From: Antricoccus suffuscus
GTDB taxonomy: Bacteria; Actinomycetota; Actinomycetes; Mycobacteriales; Antricoccaceae
Length of the DNA stretch: 64,000 nt
Direction of reading: 5' to 3'
Assembly: GCF_003003235.1 (NCBI RefSeq)
Contig: NZ_PVUE01000003.1
Coordinates: forward strand, 181,150-245,149
Of the stretch, positions 44,508 through 53,947 are shown piece after piece. The notes beneath the pieces were generated by a model that was not told the DNA's origin, did not search any database, and saw only the letters and a program-made list of their open reading frames with translations. The translations under genes were made by a program, and so were the position numbers. Numbering within the stretch: the first letter of the stretch is position 1; each line of letters opens with the position of its first letter.

Positions 44508-45950
44508 ATGAAGACGCCGTCATTTCCTAACGTGGACCCCGTGGTCTGGCGTCGGAAGAACGCCGTGGCACGGGCCTTTATCGTGTTCGGCGCGGTCGTG
44601 CTTGCCGCGGTCCTCGGTGTCGCGGTTGTCGTCGTCGTAGGTCAGGTCACCGGGCCCACGCGCCCGGCCGCCGGCGCCAAGGGCCAGACCAAGCAACTCG
44701 TCACAGAGTTGCCGCCTAACTCCAGCCCGTCACCGGTCCTGGGCCGCCTCGATCCAAACGCCAAAACGCCCTCGACCACGGGCCTGGCGGCCGCGCTTGC
44801 GCCGGCACTAGCCAACCCGGCGCTCGGGAGTACCGCAGCCGTGGTCGTCGACCCGGCGTCGGGTACGACGTTGTTCGACCAGGATGGAACCGCTTCGTTG
44901 CAGCCCGGTTCGACGATGAAGCTATTCACCGCGATCGCGGCCGCGAAAGCGGTCAAGCCTGGCACCCGGTTGACCACGAAGGTCGTCGCCGGTGCCGCGC
45001 CGGGGGAGATCGTGCTGGTGGGAGGCGGCGACCCGACCCTCAGCTCGCAACCGACCTCGACGCTCTACCCGGGTGCGGCCTCGGTCGAGCAGCTGGCCGC
45101 CGCCGTGCGGGCCGCCGGAATCGCGCCGGGCAGCGTCACCAAGGTCACCGTCGACGACGGCGCGTTCGCGGGCCCGCCGCAGGCCGTCGGATGGGGCGCC
45201 GGCGACGCTCCATCGACGTACGCCACACCCATTTACCCCGTCATGGTCGACGCCGGCCGGTTGAGCCCGGAAGACAAGGCCCAGCGCACCGCGAACCCCG
45301 ACCTTGCCGCGGGTACGGCGCTCGCGGCCGCGCTCGGCAGCCCGGGCGCCGTCGTCGGACGCGGTCAGGCCGGTCCGGGGGCAACCCTCCTCGGCAGCGT
45401 CCAGTCGGCGCCGATTGAGGATCTGATTGAGCAGGCGCTCGTCAACTCCGACAACGTGCTCGCCGAGATCCTCGGCCGGCAGGTCGCGATCGCCGAAGGT
45501 GCGCAGCCGTCGTTCACAGGCGCAGTATCGGCGGTCACCAAGGTCGTGCAGGGAATGGGCGTCGACCTGACCGGCTTTGAAGCGCACGACTCCAGCGGAC
45601 TGTCGATGAATGACCGGGCCAGCGCCGGTTCGATCGCTTCCGCGCTTGCTGTGATGGCCAAAGGCGACCAGCCGTTGACCGACGTCGTCGGCTCGGCCCT
45701 TGCGGTCGCTGGCTACAACGGCACGCTCGCGACCCGCTACCTATCGGGTTCGGCGGCCGCCGCCGCGGGAGACGTGCGCGCAAAGACGGGGTCGCTCACG
45801 GCCGTCGATACGCTCGCCGGGACCGTCGTGACCGCCGATGGCCGGCTGCTCATATTTGCGCTGATCTCCAATGGAGCGCCCGCACAGGACCCGGCGAGGG
45901 CGGCGCTGGACGAGGTCGCTGCGACGATGGCCGGGTGCGGGTGCCAATAG
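44508..45950 (+). CDS. dacB: D-alanyl-D-alanine carboxypeptidase / endopeptidase (PBP4, S13 family)
   Basis: Signal peptide / TM, then SxxK (STMKLF), SxN (SDN) and KTG (KTGSL) motifs. Confidence 0.85.
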   Translation: MKTPSFPNVDPVVWRRKNAVARAFIVFGAVVLAAVLGVAVVVVVGQVTGPTRPAAGAKGQTKQLVTELPPNSSPSPVLGRLDPNAKTPSTTGLAAALAPALANPALGSTAAVVVDPASGTTLFDQDGTASLQPGSTMKLFTAIAAAKAVKPGTRLTTKVVAGAAPGEIVLVGGGDPTLSSQPTSTLYPGAASVEQLAAAVRAAGIAPGSVTKVTVDDGAFAGPPQAVGWGAGDAPSTYATPIYPVMVDAGRLSPEDKAQRTANPDLAAGTALAAALGSPGAVVGRGQAGPGATLLGSVQSAPIEDLIEQALVNSDNVLAEILGRQVAIAEGAQPSFTGAVSAVTKVVQGMGVDLTGFEAHDSSGLSMNDRASAGSIASALAVMAKGDQPLTDVVGSALAVAGYNGTLATRYLSGSAAAAAGDVRAKTGSLTAVDTLAGTVVTADGRLLIFALISNGAPAQDPARAALDEVAATMAGCGCQ

Positions 45951-45968
45951 GCACGTAACCTCAGACGT

Positions 45969-47048
45969 ATGAGTTCTGATGCGATGATCGACTGGGATGT
46001 TGCCGCGCGCGCCGGCAAACGGGTAGTGCGTGCCGGACCGGAAGTATCGCTGCACGAGGCTAAATCGGCGGTCGCACAGCTGCGCGAGAGCGCGCTGGCG
46101 GCGGACGCGCACGTCAGCGCGATCACCAAGATCGCGCAGCCGCCGCACACCGCGCCGACCCTGGTGGTCGACCGCGCCGGCTGGATCGACGTCAACAGCG
46201 AGTCAGTGGGCCACCTCATGGCACCGCTGGTCGACAAGCTGGCCAGCGCCAACGCGACATCCGGGGTCGGCAAGCTCGTTGGGTCCAGGGTCACCGGGAC
46301 CGAAGCCGGGGTCGTGCTCGGGTTCCTCGCCAGCCGCGTGCTGGGCCAGTTCGATGTATTCGGGCCCCGCGGCGGTCAGTTGCTACTCGTCGCGCCCAAC
46401 ATCATCGACGCCGAACGCAAGCTCGACGTCAACCCGACCGACTTCCGGCTCTGGGTCTGCCTGCATGAGGTCACGCACCGGCTGCAGTTCACCGCGGTGG
46501 ACTGGATTGGCCAGTACATGCGCACCCAGATTGCCGATCTGGTCGATGCGTCGGACCTCGACTCCGATTCGCTCAAGCAGAAGATCAAGGAAGTCGCCGG
46601 CGAGCTCAAGGACCGCAAACGGTCCGGCGACAGGGAACCGGGCCTCGGCATCGTCTCGCTGGCGCAGTCCCCGCAGCAGCGCGCCATCATCGAACGGATG
46701 ACCGCGGTGATGAGCCTGCTGGAGGGCCACGCCGAATACGTGATGGACGCGGTCGGGCCCTCCGTCGTGCCGTCGGTCGCGGAGATCCGCCGCAAGTTCA
46801 AGCGCCGCAGGGCGGGGCGCTCACCGATCGACCGGGTCTTCCGCAAGCTGCTGGGCCTCGAGGCCAAGATGCGCCAGTACGCCGAGGGGCGCAAGTTCAT
46901 CGACGGCGTCGTCGACGAAGTGGGGATGGACGGGTTCAACCGCGTGTGGGCGACCCCGGACAACCTCCCGACGATGACCGAGTTGCGCGATCCGGCGCTC
47001 TGGGTCAAGCGCGTGCAGCCGCTGGGCATCACGCCCGGCGCCTCCTGA
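45969..47048 (+). CDS. Zinc-dependent metalloprotease family protein (DUF2342-like)
   Basis: HExxH motif LHEVTHRLQF. Conserved position between dacB and tilS. Confidence 0.7.
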   Translation: MSSDAMIDWDVAARAGKRVVRAGPEVSLHEAKSAVAQLRESALAADAHVSAITKIAQPPHTAPTLVVDRAGWIDVNSESVGHLMAPLVDKLASANATSGVGKLVGSRVTGTEAGVVLGFLASRVLGQFDVFGPRGGQLLLVAPNIIDAERKLDVNPTDFRLWVCLHEVTHRLQFTAVDWIGQYMRTQIADLVDASDLDSDSLKQKIKEVAGELKDRKRSGDREPGLGIVSLAQSPQQRAIIERMTAVMSLLEGHAEYVMDAVGPSVVPSVAEIRRKFKRRRAGRSPIDRVFRKLLGLEAKMRQYAEGRKFIDGVVDEVGMDGFNRVWATPDNLPTMTELRDPALWVKRVQPLGITPGAS

Positions 47049-47055
47049 CCAGCCG

Positions 47056-48048
47056 GTGGTCGGGCCTCCGCCCGCGGTCGCGGCCGTCCGGGTCGCCGTA
47101 CGCCGGTGGCTCGAGAATGCCGGCCACGATCAGCCGTATCCGCCCGCCGAATCGTTGTGCGTGGCCGTCTCCGGTGGGGCCGACTCGCTGGCGCTCCTAA
47201 CCGCGACAATCTTCGAGGCGGGCAAACTCGGCCTCGAGGTCGATGCGCTGAGCGTCGACCATCAGCTGCAGGACGGTTCCGCGGCGCGGGCCGCACAAGT
47301 TGCGGACCTGGCTCGGCGGCTTGGCGCTCGCTCGGCGACGGTGTGCACGGTGACCGTCGCGGGGACGTCCAATATCGAGGCGCAGGCACGAACCGCGCGG
47401 TACGCCGCCCTCGCCGCCCAGTCGCACGGCCGCTGGATCCTGCTCGGGCACACCCTCGACGACCAGGCCGAATCGGTGCTGCTCGGCCTCGGTCGGGGCT
47501 CCGGGCCACGGGCGATCGCCGGCATGTCGGCCCACAACTTCCCTTACGGACGGCCGCTTCTGACGGTACGGCGTGCCCAGACGCGCTCGGCCTGCCGCGA
47601 CGAGGGTCTACCGATTTGGGACGATCCGCATAACGACGACCCCCGGTTCACCCGCGTCCGGATCCGAAACGAGGCGCTGCCGCTGCTGGAGGAGATCCTC
47701 GGCGGGGGAGTGGCCGAGGCGCTCGCCACCACCGCCGAATTGCTGCAGCACGATGACCGGGCCGTCGGCGAGCTCGCGCTGAGGGCGCTCGACGTACTTC
47801 GCGCGGATCCGGTGCCGGATATGGCCTCGGCGCTGCGGGCCCGGGCGCTCGCCGACCACCCGGCCGGGCTACGACGCCGGATCATTAAGCTCTGGCTCGA
47901 AAAAGACGGCGGGTTCGGCTCGCTGACCGGCCCGCACATCGCCGCCGTCGACGCGCTGGTCGCCGACTATCACGGCCAGGGTCCGGCGTACTTGCCCGGC
48001 GGTCGGCGCGTGACGCGCACTCGTGAGACGATCAATCTGACGCGCTAG
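47056..48048 (+). CDS. tilS: tRNA(Ile)-lysidine synthetase
   Basis: PP-loop SGGADS (CVAVSGGADSLAL). Confidence 0.85.
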   Translation: MVGPPPAVAAVRVAVRRWLENAGHDQPYPPAESLCVAVSGGADSLALLTATIFEAGKLGLEVDALSVDHQLQDGSAARAAQVADLARRLGARSATVCTVTVAGTSNIEAQARTARYAALAAQSHGRWILLGHTLDDQAESVLLGLGRGSGPRAIAGMSAHNFPYGRPLLTVRRAQTRSACRDEGLPIWDDPHNDDPRFTRVRIRNEALPLLEEILGGGVAEALATTAELLQHDDRAVGELALRALDVLRADPVPDMASALRARALADHPAGLRRRIIKLWLEKDGGFGSLTGPHIAAVDALVADYHGQGPAYLPGGRRVTRTRETINLTR

Positions 48049-48072
48049 CGACCACTTCAGGAAGGCCCGCCC

Positions 48073-48612
48073 GTGTACGACGGCGAAATCGAAAAGGTAC
48101 TGATCTCCGAGGAAGAGATCGTGCAGAAGACCCGTGAGCTCGCGGAGGTGATCGCCGCGGACTACGCCGACAAGGAAGTCCTCATGATCGGGGTCCTCAA
48201 GGGTGCGGTGATGTTCATGTCGGACTTGGCGCGGGCGTTGCCGTTGCCGGTGCAGCTGGAGTTCATGGCGGTCTCGTCGTACGGCTCGTCCACCAGCTCA
48301 AGCGGGATCGTGCGGATTCTGAAGGACCTGGACAAGGACATCACCGGCAAGGACGTGCTGGTCGTCGAGGACATTATCGATTCCGGCCTGACGCTGTCGT
48401 GGCTGCTGAAGAACCTCGGCGCGCGCAACCCATCGTCCATCGAGGTGTGCACGCTACTGCGCAAGCCGGACGCGATCAAGGTCCCGATCGAGGTGAAATA
48501 TCTCGGCTTCGACATCCCCAACGAGTTCGTCGTCGGCTACGGCCTCGACTACGCCGAGCGTTATCGCGACCTGCGCTATATCGGCACGTTGAAACCCGAG
48601 ATCTACTCCTGA
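48073..48612 (+). CDS. hpt: Hypoxanthine-guanine phosphoribosyltransferase
   Basis: PRPP-binding motif [14 protein letters not shown]. Close match to the mycobacterial Hpt pattern. Confidence 0.9.
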   Translation: MYDGEIEKVLISEEEIVQKTRELAEVIAADYADKEVLMIGVLKGAVMFMSDLARALPLPVQLEFMAVSSYGSSTSSSGIVRILKDLDKDITGKDVLVVEDIIDSGLTLSWLLKNLGARNPSSIEVCTLLRKPDAIKVPIEVKYLGFDIPNEFVVGYGLDYAERYRDLRYIGTLKPEIYS

Positions 48613-48810
48613 ATCGCAGCGGCGTAGGTCACGTCGGAACAACAGTCCTCCGTGATGCGTTGGACCTCTGTTACGAGATGCGTACGTTCACGCGTGTAGG
48701 CGCGGGGACGGCGGGTATCGTCGTAACTTCCAGATCTGCGCGTAGCGCTAGGTCAGGCGTGTGTTGGCAGCCAGACTCAGGAGGTACGGACCGCCCCGGT
48801 CCGCGCAAGC

Positions 48811-50970
48811 ATGAAAAATAAGCGTTTCTACAGATCGCCGTGGTTCTTCATCCTCATCGCGGCCGTCATCGCGCTCGTGCTGCCTTCTGTGCTGTCCGGC
48901 GGCGACAGTTACACCAACGTCAAGACGTCGGTGGCTATTGGGCAGCTTCAGGATGGCAACGCCAAATCCGTCAACATCAAGGACAAAGAGCAGTCCCTCG
49001 ACATCATCCTGAAAAAGGCGATCGACCCAACGGGCGACGGCAAGGAAAAAGTCACCAAGATCACCACGTCGTACCCGTCCAGCGCCGGCACGGAGATCTT
49101 CAACGCGGTCCGTGACTCGCAGGGCGACAGTGCGACGGCGTCCAAGAACACCGGTTTCACGACAACGGTGACTCAACAGAGTGTTCTGGTCTCGATGCTG
49201 CTGAGCATCTTGCCGTTCATCATCATCCTCGGGCTGCTGTTCTTCCTCATGAACTCCATGCAGGGTGGCGGCCGTGGCGTGATGCAGTTCGGCAAGAGCA
49301 AAGCCAAGCTGGTCAGTAAAGACATGCCGAAGACGACTTTCGCCGACGTCGCGGGCGCCGATGAGGCACTTGAAGAGCTTGGCGAGCTCAAAGACTTCCT
49401 GGAGAACCCGGCCAAATTTCAGGCGGTCGGCGCGAAGATCCCCAAAGGCGTGCTGCTGTTCGGCCCGCCGGGTACCGGCAAGACGCTGCTCGCGCGCGCC
49501 GTCGCGGGCGAGGCCGGGGTGCCGTTCTACGCAATCTCCGGTTCGGACTTTGTGGAGATGTTCGTCGGTGTCGGCGCCTCTCGTGTGCGTGACCTTTTCG
49601 AGCAGGCCAAGGCCAACGCGCCGGCCATCATCTTCATCGATGAGATCGACGCCGTCGGCCGTCATCGTGGCGCGGGCATGGGCGGCGGTCACGACGAACG
49701 CGAGCAGACCCTCAACCAGATGCTTGTCGAGATGGACGGCTTCGACGTCAAGGGCGGCGTCATCATGATCGCCGCGACCAACCGTCCGGACATCCTCGAC
49801 CCGGCACTGCTGCGCCCCGGTCGGTTTGACCGGCAGATCGCCGTCGACCGGCCCGACCTCGAGGGTCGCAAGGGGATCTTGCGGGTGCACGCCAAGGGCA
49901 AGCCGATGGCGCCCGGCGTCGACCTCGACACCGTCGCGCGTCGTACCCCCGGCTTCACCGGCGCGGACCTCGCCAACGTCATCAACGAGGCCGCTCTCCT
50001 CACGGCGCGCCACGGGAGTACGTCGATTACCAACGAGACTCTCGAAGAGTCGATCGACCGCGTTATCGCCGGCCCAGAACGCAAGGGTCGCGCGATGAGC
50101 GACAAGGAAAAGAAGCTCACGGCATACCACGAAGGCGGACACGCACTCGTCGCGCAGGCGTTGCCGCACTCCGCGCCGGTGCACAAGGTGACGATCCTGC
50201 CGCGTGGCCGCTCGCTCGGGCACACACTGATCCTGCCGACCGAAGACAAATACACCCAGACGCGCTCAGAGATGATCGACAGTCTCGCCTACATGCTCGG
50301 CGGGCGGGCCGCGGAAGAGCTGATCTTCCACGATCCGATGACCGGTGCGGGCAACGACATCGAGAAGGCGACGAGTGTTGCCCGGTCGATGGTGACCGAA
50401 TACGGCATGAGCGCCAAGCTCGGCGCGGTCAAATACGGCAGCAAAGACTCCGAGCCGTTCCTCGGCCGCGAGATGAGCCACTCGCCGGAATACTCGCAGC
50501 AGGTGGCTTCCGTCATCGACTCCGAGGTCCACGAGTTGATCGAGATAGCGCACGATGAGGCCTACGAGATCCTCACCGCCCATCGCGCCGAGCTTGACCA
50601 GATCGTGTTGGAGCTGATGGCAAACGAGACGCTCAGCGCCGATGACATGAACCGGATCTGCATCAATGTCAAGAAACGCTCGCCCATGGCGCCGTACGTC
50701 GGTTCCTCCGACCGGCGTAAACCGTCCAACCAACCGCCGGTACTCACCCCGGCCGAAATGCGGGCGCAGCAGCAGACCAACGGTCACCCGGTCGATGAAC
50801 TCGCCGCTCGCCCAGGCGGCGGCAGGCACAGCGCGGATCTCGACCATACGGTTGAGCTGCCCGCCGTACCACCGCAGTCGGCGACACCGGAAGCCGAACG
50901 CCCGCAACCGCCCGCTCAGGGCACTCGCCCAGCCGACTGGGTCAATCGGCCGCATCCCGGCGAGGCCTAA
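48811..50970 (+). CDS. ftsH: ATP-dependent zinc metalloprotease FtsH
   Basis: Two TM helices, AAA Walker [12 protein letters not shown], protease HEGGHAL motif, C-terminal Pro-rich tail. Confidence 0.95.
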   Translation: MKNKRFYRSPWFFILIAAVIALVLPSVLSGGDSYTNVKTSVAIGQLQDGNAKSVNIKDKEQSLDIILKKAIDPTGDGKEKVTKITTSYPSSAGTEIFNAVRDSQGDSATASKNTGFTTTVTQQSVLVSMLLSILPFIIILGLLFFLMNSMQGGGRGVMQFGKSKAKLVSKDMPKTTFADVAGADEALEELGELKDFLENPAKFQAVGAKIPKGVLLFGPPGTGKTLLARAVAGEAGVPFYAISGSDFVEMFVGVGASRVRDLFEQAKANAPAIIFIDEIDAVGRHRGAGMGGGHDEREQTLNQMLVEMDGFDVKGGVIMIAATNRPDILDPALLRPGRFDRQIAVDRPDLEGRKGILRVHAKGKPMAPGVDLDTVARRTPGFTGADLANVINEAALLTARHGSTSITNETLEESIDRVIAGPERKGRAMSDKEKKLTAYHEGGHALVAQALPHSAPVHKVTILPRGRSLGHTLILPTEDKYTQTRSEMIDSLAYMLGGRAAEELIFHDPMTGAGNDIEKATSVARSMVTEYGMSAKLGAVKYGSKDSEPFLGREMSHSPEYSQQVASVIDSEVHELIEIAHDEAYEILTAHRAELDQIVLELMANETLSADDMNRICINVKKRSPMAPYVGSSDRRKPSNQPPVLTPAEMRAQQQTNGHPVDELAARPGGGRHSADLDHTVELPAVPPQSATPEAERPQPPAQGTRPADWVNRPHPGEA

Positions 50971-51551
50971 TGGACGCGGCGCGCCCGTTCGACCGTGACC
51001 GTGCCATCGCCGCCGTCCGTGAACTGCTGATCGCGATCGGTGAGGACCCGGACCGCGAGGGTTTGCAGCGCACTCCCCAACGTGTCGCTAACGCCTACGC
51101 CGAAATATTCGCCGGTCTGCATAGCGATCCGAGCGAAGTTCTGCAGACCGTCTTCGACGAGGGCCATCAGGAGATGATCCTGGTCCGCGACATCGAGCTC
51201 TACTCGACCTGCGAGCATCACCTCGTTCCCTTCCACGGCGTCGCGCATGTCGGCTACATCCCCGGCGCTGACGGCAGAATCACCGGACTGTCCAAGCTTG
51301 CCCGCCTCGTCGACCTGCTCGCCAAGCGGCCGCAGGTGCAGGAGCGGCTCACCGGCCAGATCGCCGACGTACTGGTCGGCGAGCTCAAACCGCGTGGCGC
51401 GATCGTCGTAATCGAGTGCGAGCACCTGTGCATGGCGATGCGCGGCATCCGCAAGCCCGGTGCACGCACCGTCACGTCCGCCGTGCGCGGCATCTTCCAG
51501 CACAACCTGTCCACTCGAGCCGAGGCGATGAGCCTCATCGTCGGCAGGTAG
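50970..51551 (+). CDS. folE: GTP cyclohydrolase I
   Basis: FolE motifs ([21 protein letters not shown]). 1-nt overlap TAATG with ftsH. Confidence 0.9.
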   Translation: MDAARPFDRDRAIAAVRELLIAIGEDPDREGLQRTPQRVANAYAEIFAGLHSDPSEVLQTVFDEGHQEMILVRDIELYSTCEHHLVPFHGVAHVGYIPGADGRITGLSKLARLVDLLAKRPQVQERLTGQIADVLVGELKPRGAIVVIECEHLCMAMRGIRKPGARTVTSAVRGIFQHNLSTRAEAMSLIVGR

Positions 51552-51554
51552 TCG

Positions 51555-52421
51555 GTGCTCACGAGCGCTCCGGCGTCGCCGCCAGCAGGACTACCGGGCG
51601 GGGCGTCTCTCGGTCGGTGCGCGGTCATCGGCGTACTCAACGTCACCTCGGACTCGTTCTCGGACGGCGGCCGCTACCTCGACGAGTCCACGGCGTTGGC
51701 GCACGCCGAGCAGATGTACGCCGACGGCGCCGACATCATCGACGTTGGTGGCGAGTCCACCCGACCCGGTGCGGCCCGGGTCGCCAGCGGCGACGAGGCC
51801 CGGCGCGTGGTGCCGGTGCTCAAAACCCTTGCCGCGCGGGGGATCCCGACCACGGTTGACACCATGCGCGCCGATGTCGCGCGGGCCGCGCTCGATGCGG
51901 GGTGCACCGCGATCAACGACGTATCGGGCGGCCTCGCCGACCCGGACATGCTGCCGGTCGCCGCGGCGTACGACGTGCCGGTGATCCTGATGCACTGGCG
52001 GGCGCACTCGGCCACGATGCGGGACTTCGCGACGTACGAGGACGTCGTACAGGACGTACGCCGCGAGCTGTCGGCGAGGGTCGATGCTGCACTTGCGGCC
52101 GGAGTCAAGCCAGAGCGGATCGCGATCGACCCGGGACTCGGCTTCGCCAAGACCGCCGAGCACAACTGGCAGCTGCTTCGCCGGCTCGATGCGCTGCTGG
52201 AGCTGGGTTATCCGGTGCTTGTCGCCGCGTCACGCAAGTCTTTTCTCGGATCGTTGTTGGCGGCGCCGGACGGCACTCCACGGCCGCCGGACCAACGCGA
52301 AGACGCGACCGCCGCGATCAGCATGATGTCGGCGATGGTAGGCGCCTGGGCCGTGCGGGTGCACAAGGTGCGCCCGTCGATGGACGCGGTCCGGGTCGCG
52401 GCCGCATGGGCGGGCCGATGA
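51555..52421 (+). CDS. folP: Dihydropteroate synthase
   Basis: Pterin-binding motifs (GVLNVTSDSFSDGG, DIIDVGGESTRPG). Confidence 0.9.
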   Translation: MLTSAPASPPAGLPGGASLGRCAVIGVLNVTSDSFSDGGRYLDESTALAHAEQMYADGADIIDVGGESTRPGAARVASGDEARRVVPVLKTLAARGIPTTVDTMRADVARAALDAGCTAINDVSGGLADPDMLPVAAAYDVPVILMHWRAHSATMRDFATYEDVVQDVRRELSARVDAALAAGVKPERIAIDPGLGFAKTAEHNWQLLRRLDALLELGYPVLVAASRKSFLGSLLAAPDGTPRPPDQREDATAAISMMSAMVGAWAVRVHKVRPSMDAVRVAAAWAGR

Positions 52422-52780
52422 GCGACGAGATACGGCTGCGCGGGCTGACGGTCCGTGGCCACCACGGGGTCTTCGATTTCGAACGACGTGACGGGCAGGA
52501 CTTCGTCATCGACTGCACTCTTGGCCTGGACACGTCGGCCGCGGCGCAGACCGACGACGTGTTGCAGACCGTGCACTACGGCGAGCTGGCCGAAGGGCTT
52601 GCCGGCGTGGTGGCCGGTGAGCCATGCAACCTGATCGAGACGCTCGCTCAGCGGTTGCTGGATGTCGCGCTCGGCTACGACCTGGTCGAGTGGGCGGAGA
52701 TCGTCGTGCACAAGCCGTCCGCGCCGATCCCTTTGACGTTTGCCGACGTGGCGGTCGTCGTACGCCGGGAGAAGTCGTGA
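52418..52780 (+). CDS. folB: Dihydroneopterin aldolase
   Basis: 120 aa, MSDEIRLRGLTVRGHHGVFDFE. ATGA overlap with folP. Confidence 0.85.
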   Translation: MSDEIRLRGLTVRGHHGVFDFERRDGQDFVIDCTLGLDTSAAAQTDDVLQTVHYGELAEGLAGVVAGEPCNLIETLAQRLLDVALGYDLVEWAEIVVHKPSAPIPLTFADVAVVVRREKS

Positions 52781-53298
52781 CTCGCGCCGTACTATCCATT
52801 GGCTCCAACATCGGCGACACCATCGGACACCTGCAGTCGGTGCTGACTGCCGCCGGTTCCGCCGTCCGAGCCGTGTCGTCGGTCTATGAGACCGCGCCGT
52901 GGGGCGGGGTCCAGCAAGATCCCTTCCATAACGCGGTTCTGATCGTTGACGACCCGGCCCGCGACGCTTGGCGTTGGCTCGAGTTCGCGCACTCATGTGA
53001 GGATCGAGCCCGCCGCACGAGGGAGGTGCGATGGGGACCGCGCACGCTCGACGTCGACATCGTCGCTGTGTACGACGGTCCCGCCTCGGTCACCAGCGCC
53101 GATCCGACGCTGACCCTGCCGCACCCGCGGGCACACCAACGCGCGTTCGTGCTCGTCCCGTGGGCAGAAATCGAGCCCGCAGCACGGCTGCCTCAGGGCC
53201 CGGTGGCCGAACTTGTCGGCGCACTTGACCTGGCAGACCCGGAGCAACGCGTCGTACGCCGTAGCGACATACACCTTGAGGTGCGTGGTGGCGCGTAA
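52777..53298 (+). CDS. folK: 2-amino-4-hydroxy-6-hydroxymethyldihydropteridine diphosphokinase (HPPK)
   Basis: LSIGSNIGD ... YETAPWG ... WGPRTLDVDIV. GTGA overlap with folB. Confidence 0.85.
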   Translation: MTRAVLSIGSNIGDTIGHLQSVLTAAGSAVRAVSSVYETAPWGGVQQDPFHNAVLIVDDPARDAWRWLEFAHSCEDRARRTREVRWGPRTLDVDIVAVYDGPASVTSADPTLTLPHPRAHQRAFVLVPWAEIEPAARLPQGPVAELVGALDLADPEQRVVRRSDIHLEVRGGA

Positions 53299-53791
53299 GC
53301 AACTCGCGTCGACGAAGGCGTCCACGCTAGCCACGATCGCCGTGGTGGCGGGCTTGTTGAGCTGGGGGTTGGTGCGCAGCTTCTACGGGTCAATCCCTCC
53401 ATTGGACTGGTACGTCCCGCTGTGGTCTGCGATCCTCGCCGCCGCCGAGTTCGTGTTTGGGCGGCAGCTCAAGCGCCGTATCGACCGCGCGCCCGGTACG
53501 ACTCCGCCGGAACCGTTGGTCGCCGCGCGGGCGCTCGCGTTTGCAAAGGCGAGCTCGATCGTGGGGTCACTGCTGGTCGGCGTGTGGGCCGGAGTCGCGA
53601 TATATACCGGTGGGCAGTGGGGCTATCTACAGTCGGCGAAGGCCGACACCGTCGTTGCGGCGTTCGGGTTGCTGTGCTCGGCCGCGCTCGTAGCCGGCGG
53701 CATATTTCTGGAATACGGCTGTCGCACCCCGCCTCAAAAAGACGACGAGGACGACGACGACCCCGACGGCGACTGGTTGACCCACCGCTAG
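53285..53791 (+). CDS. DUF3180-family membrane protein (conserved downstream of folK in actinobacteria)
   Basis: Four hydrophobic helices and an acidic tail (DDEDDDDPD). GTG start overlapping the folK stop. The long N-terminal extension in the ORF track overlaps folK and was rejected. Confidence 0.6.
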   Translation: MVARKQLASTKASTLATIAVVAGLLSWGLVRSFYGSIPPLDWYVPLWSAILAAAEFVFGRQLKRRIDRAPGTTPPEPLVAARALAFAKASSIVGSLLVGVWAGVAIYTGGQWGYLQSAKADTVVAAFGLLCSAALVAGGIFLEYGCRTPPQKDDEDDDDPDGDWLTHR

Positions 53792-53947
53792 CCCCGGTTG
53801 CGCGCAGGTGAAGCACTCACGAATTCGAGGCTTCGCGCCGGCCTTTTATGCCGAATCGCTATGCAATCTCGGATCCGTCAGGCAGTGTGAGCGGATCTGT
53901 TAATGCCCGCCCTACACAAGTTAAGGGCGGATACGGGAGGTCTATCG

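Noticed and set aside
48748-50223. 491-aa minus-strand ORF antisense to ftsH
   Set aside because: Overlaps the unmistakable FtsH reading frame; GC-artefact composition.
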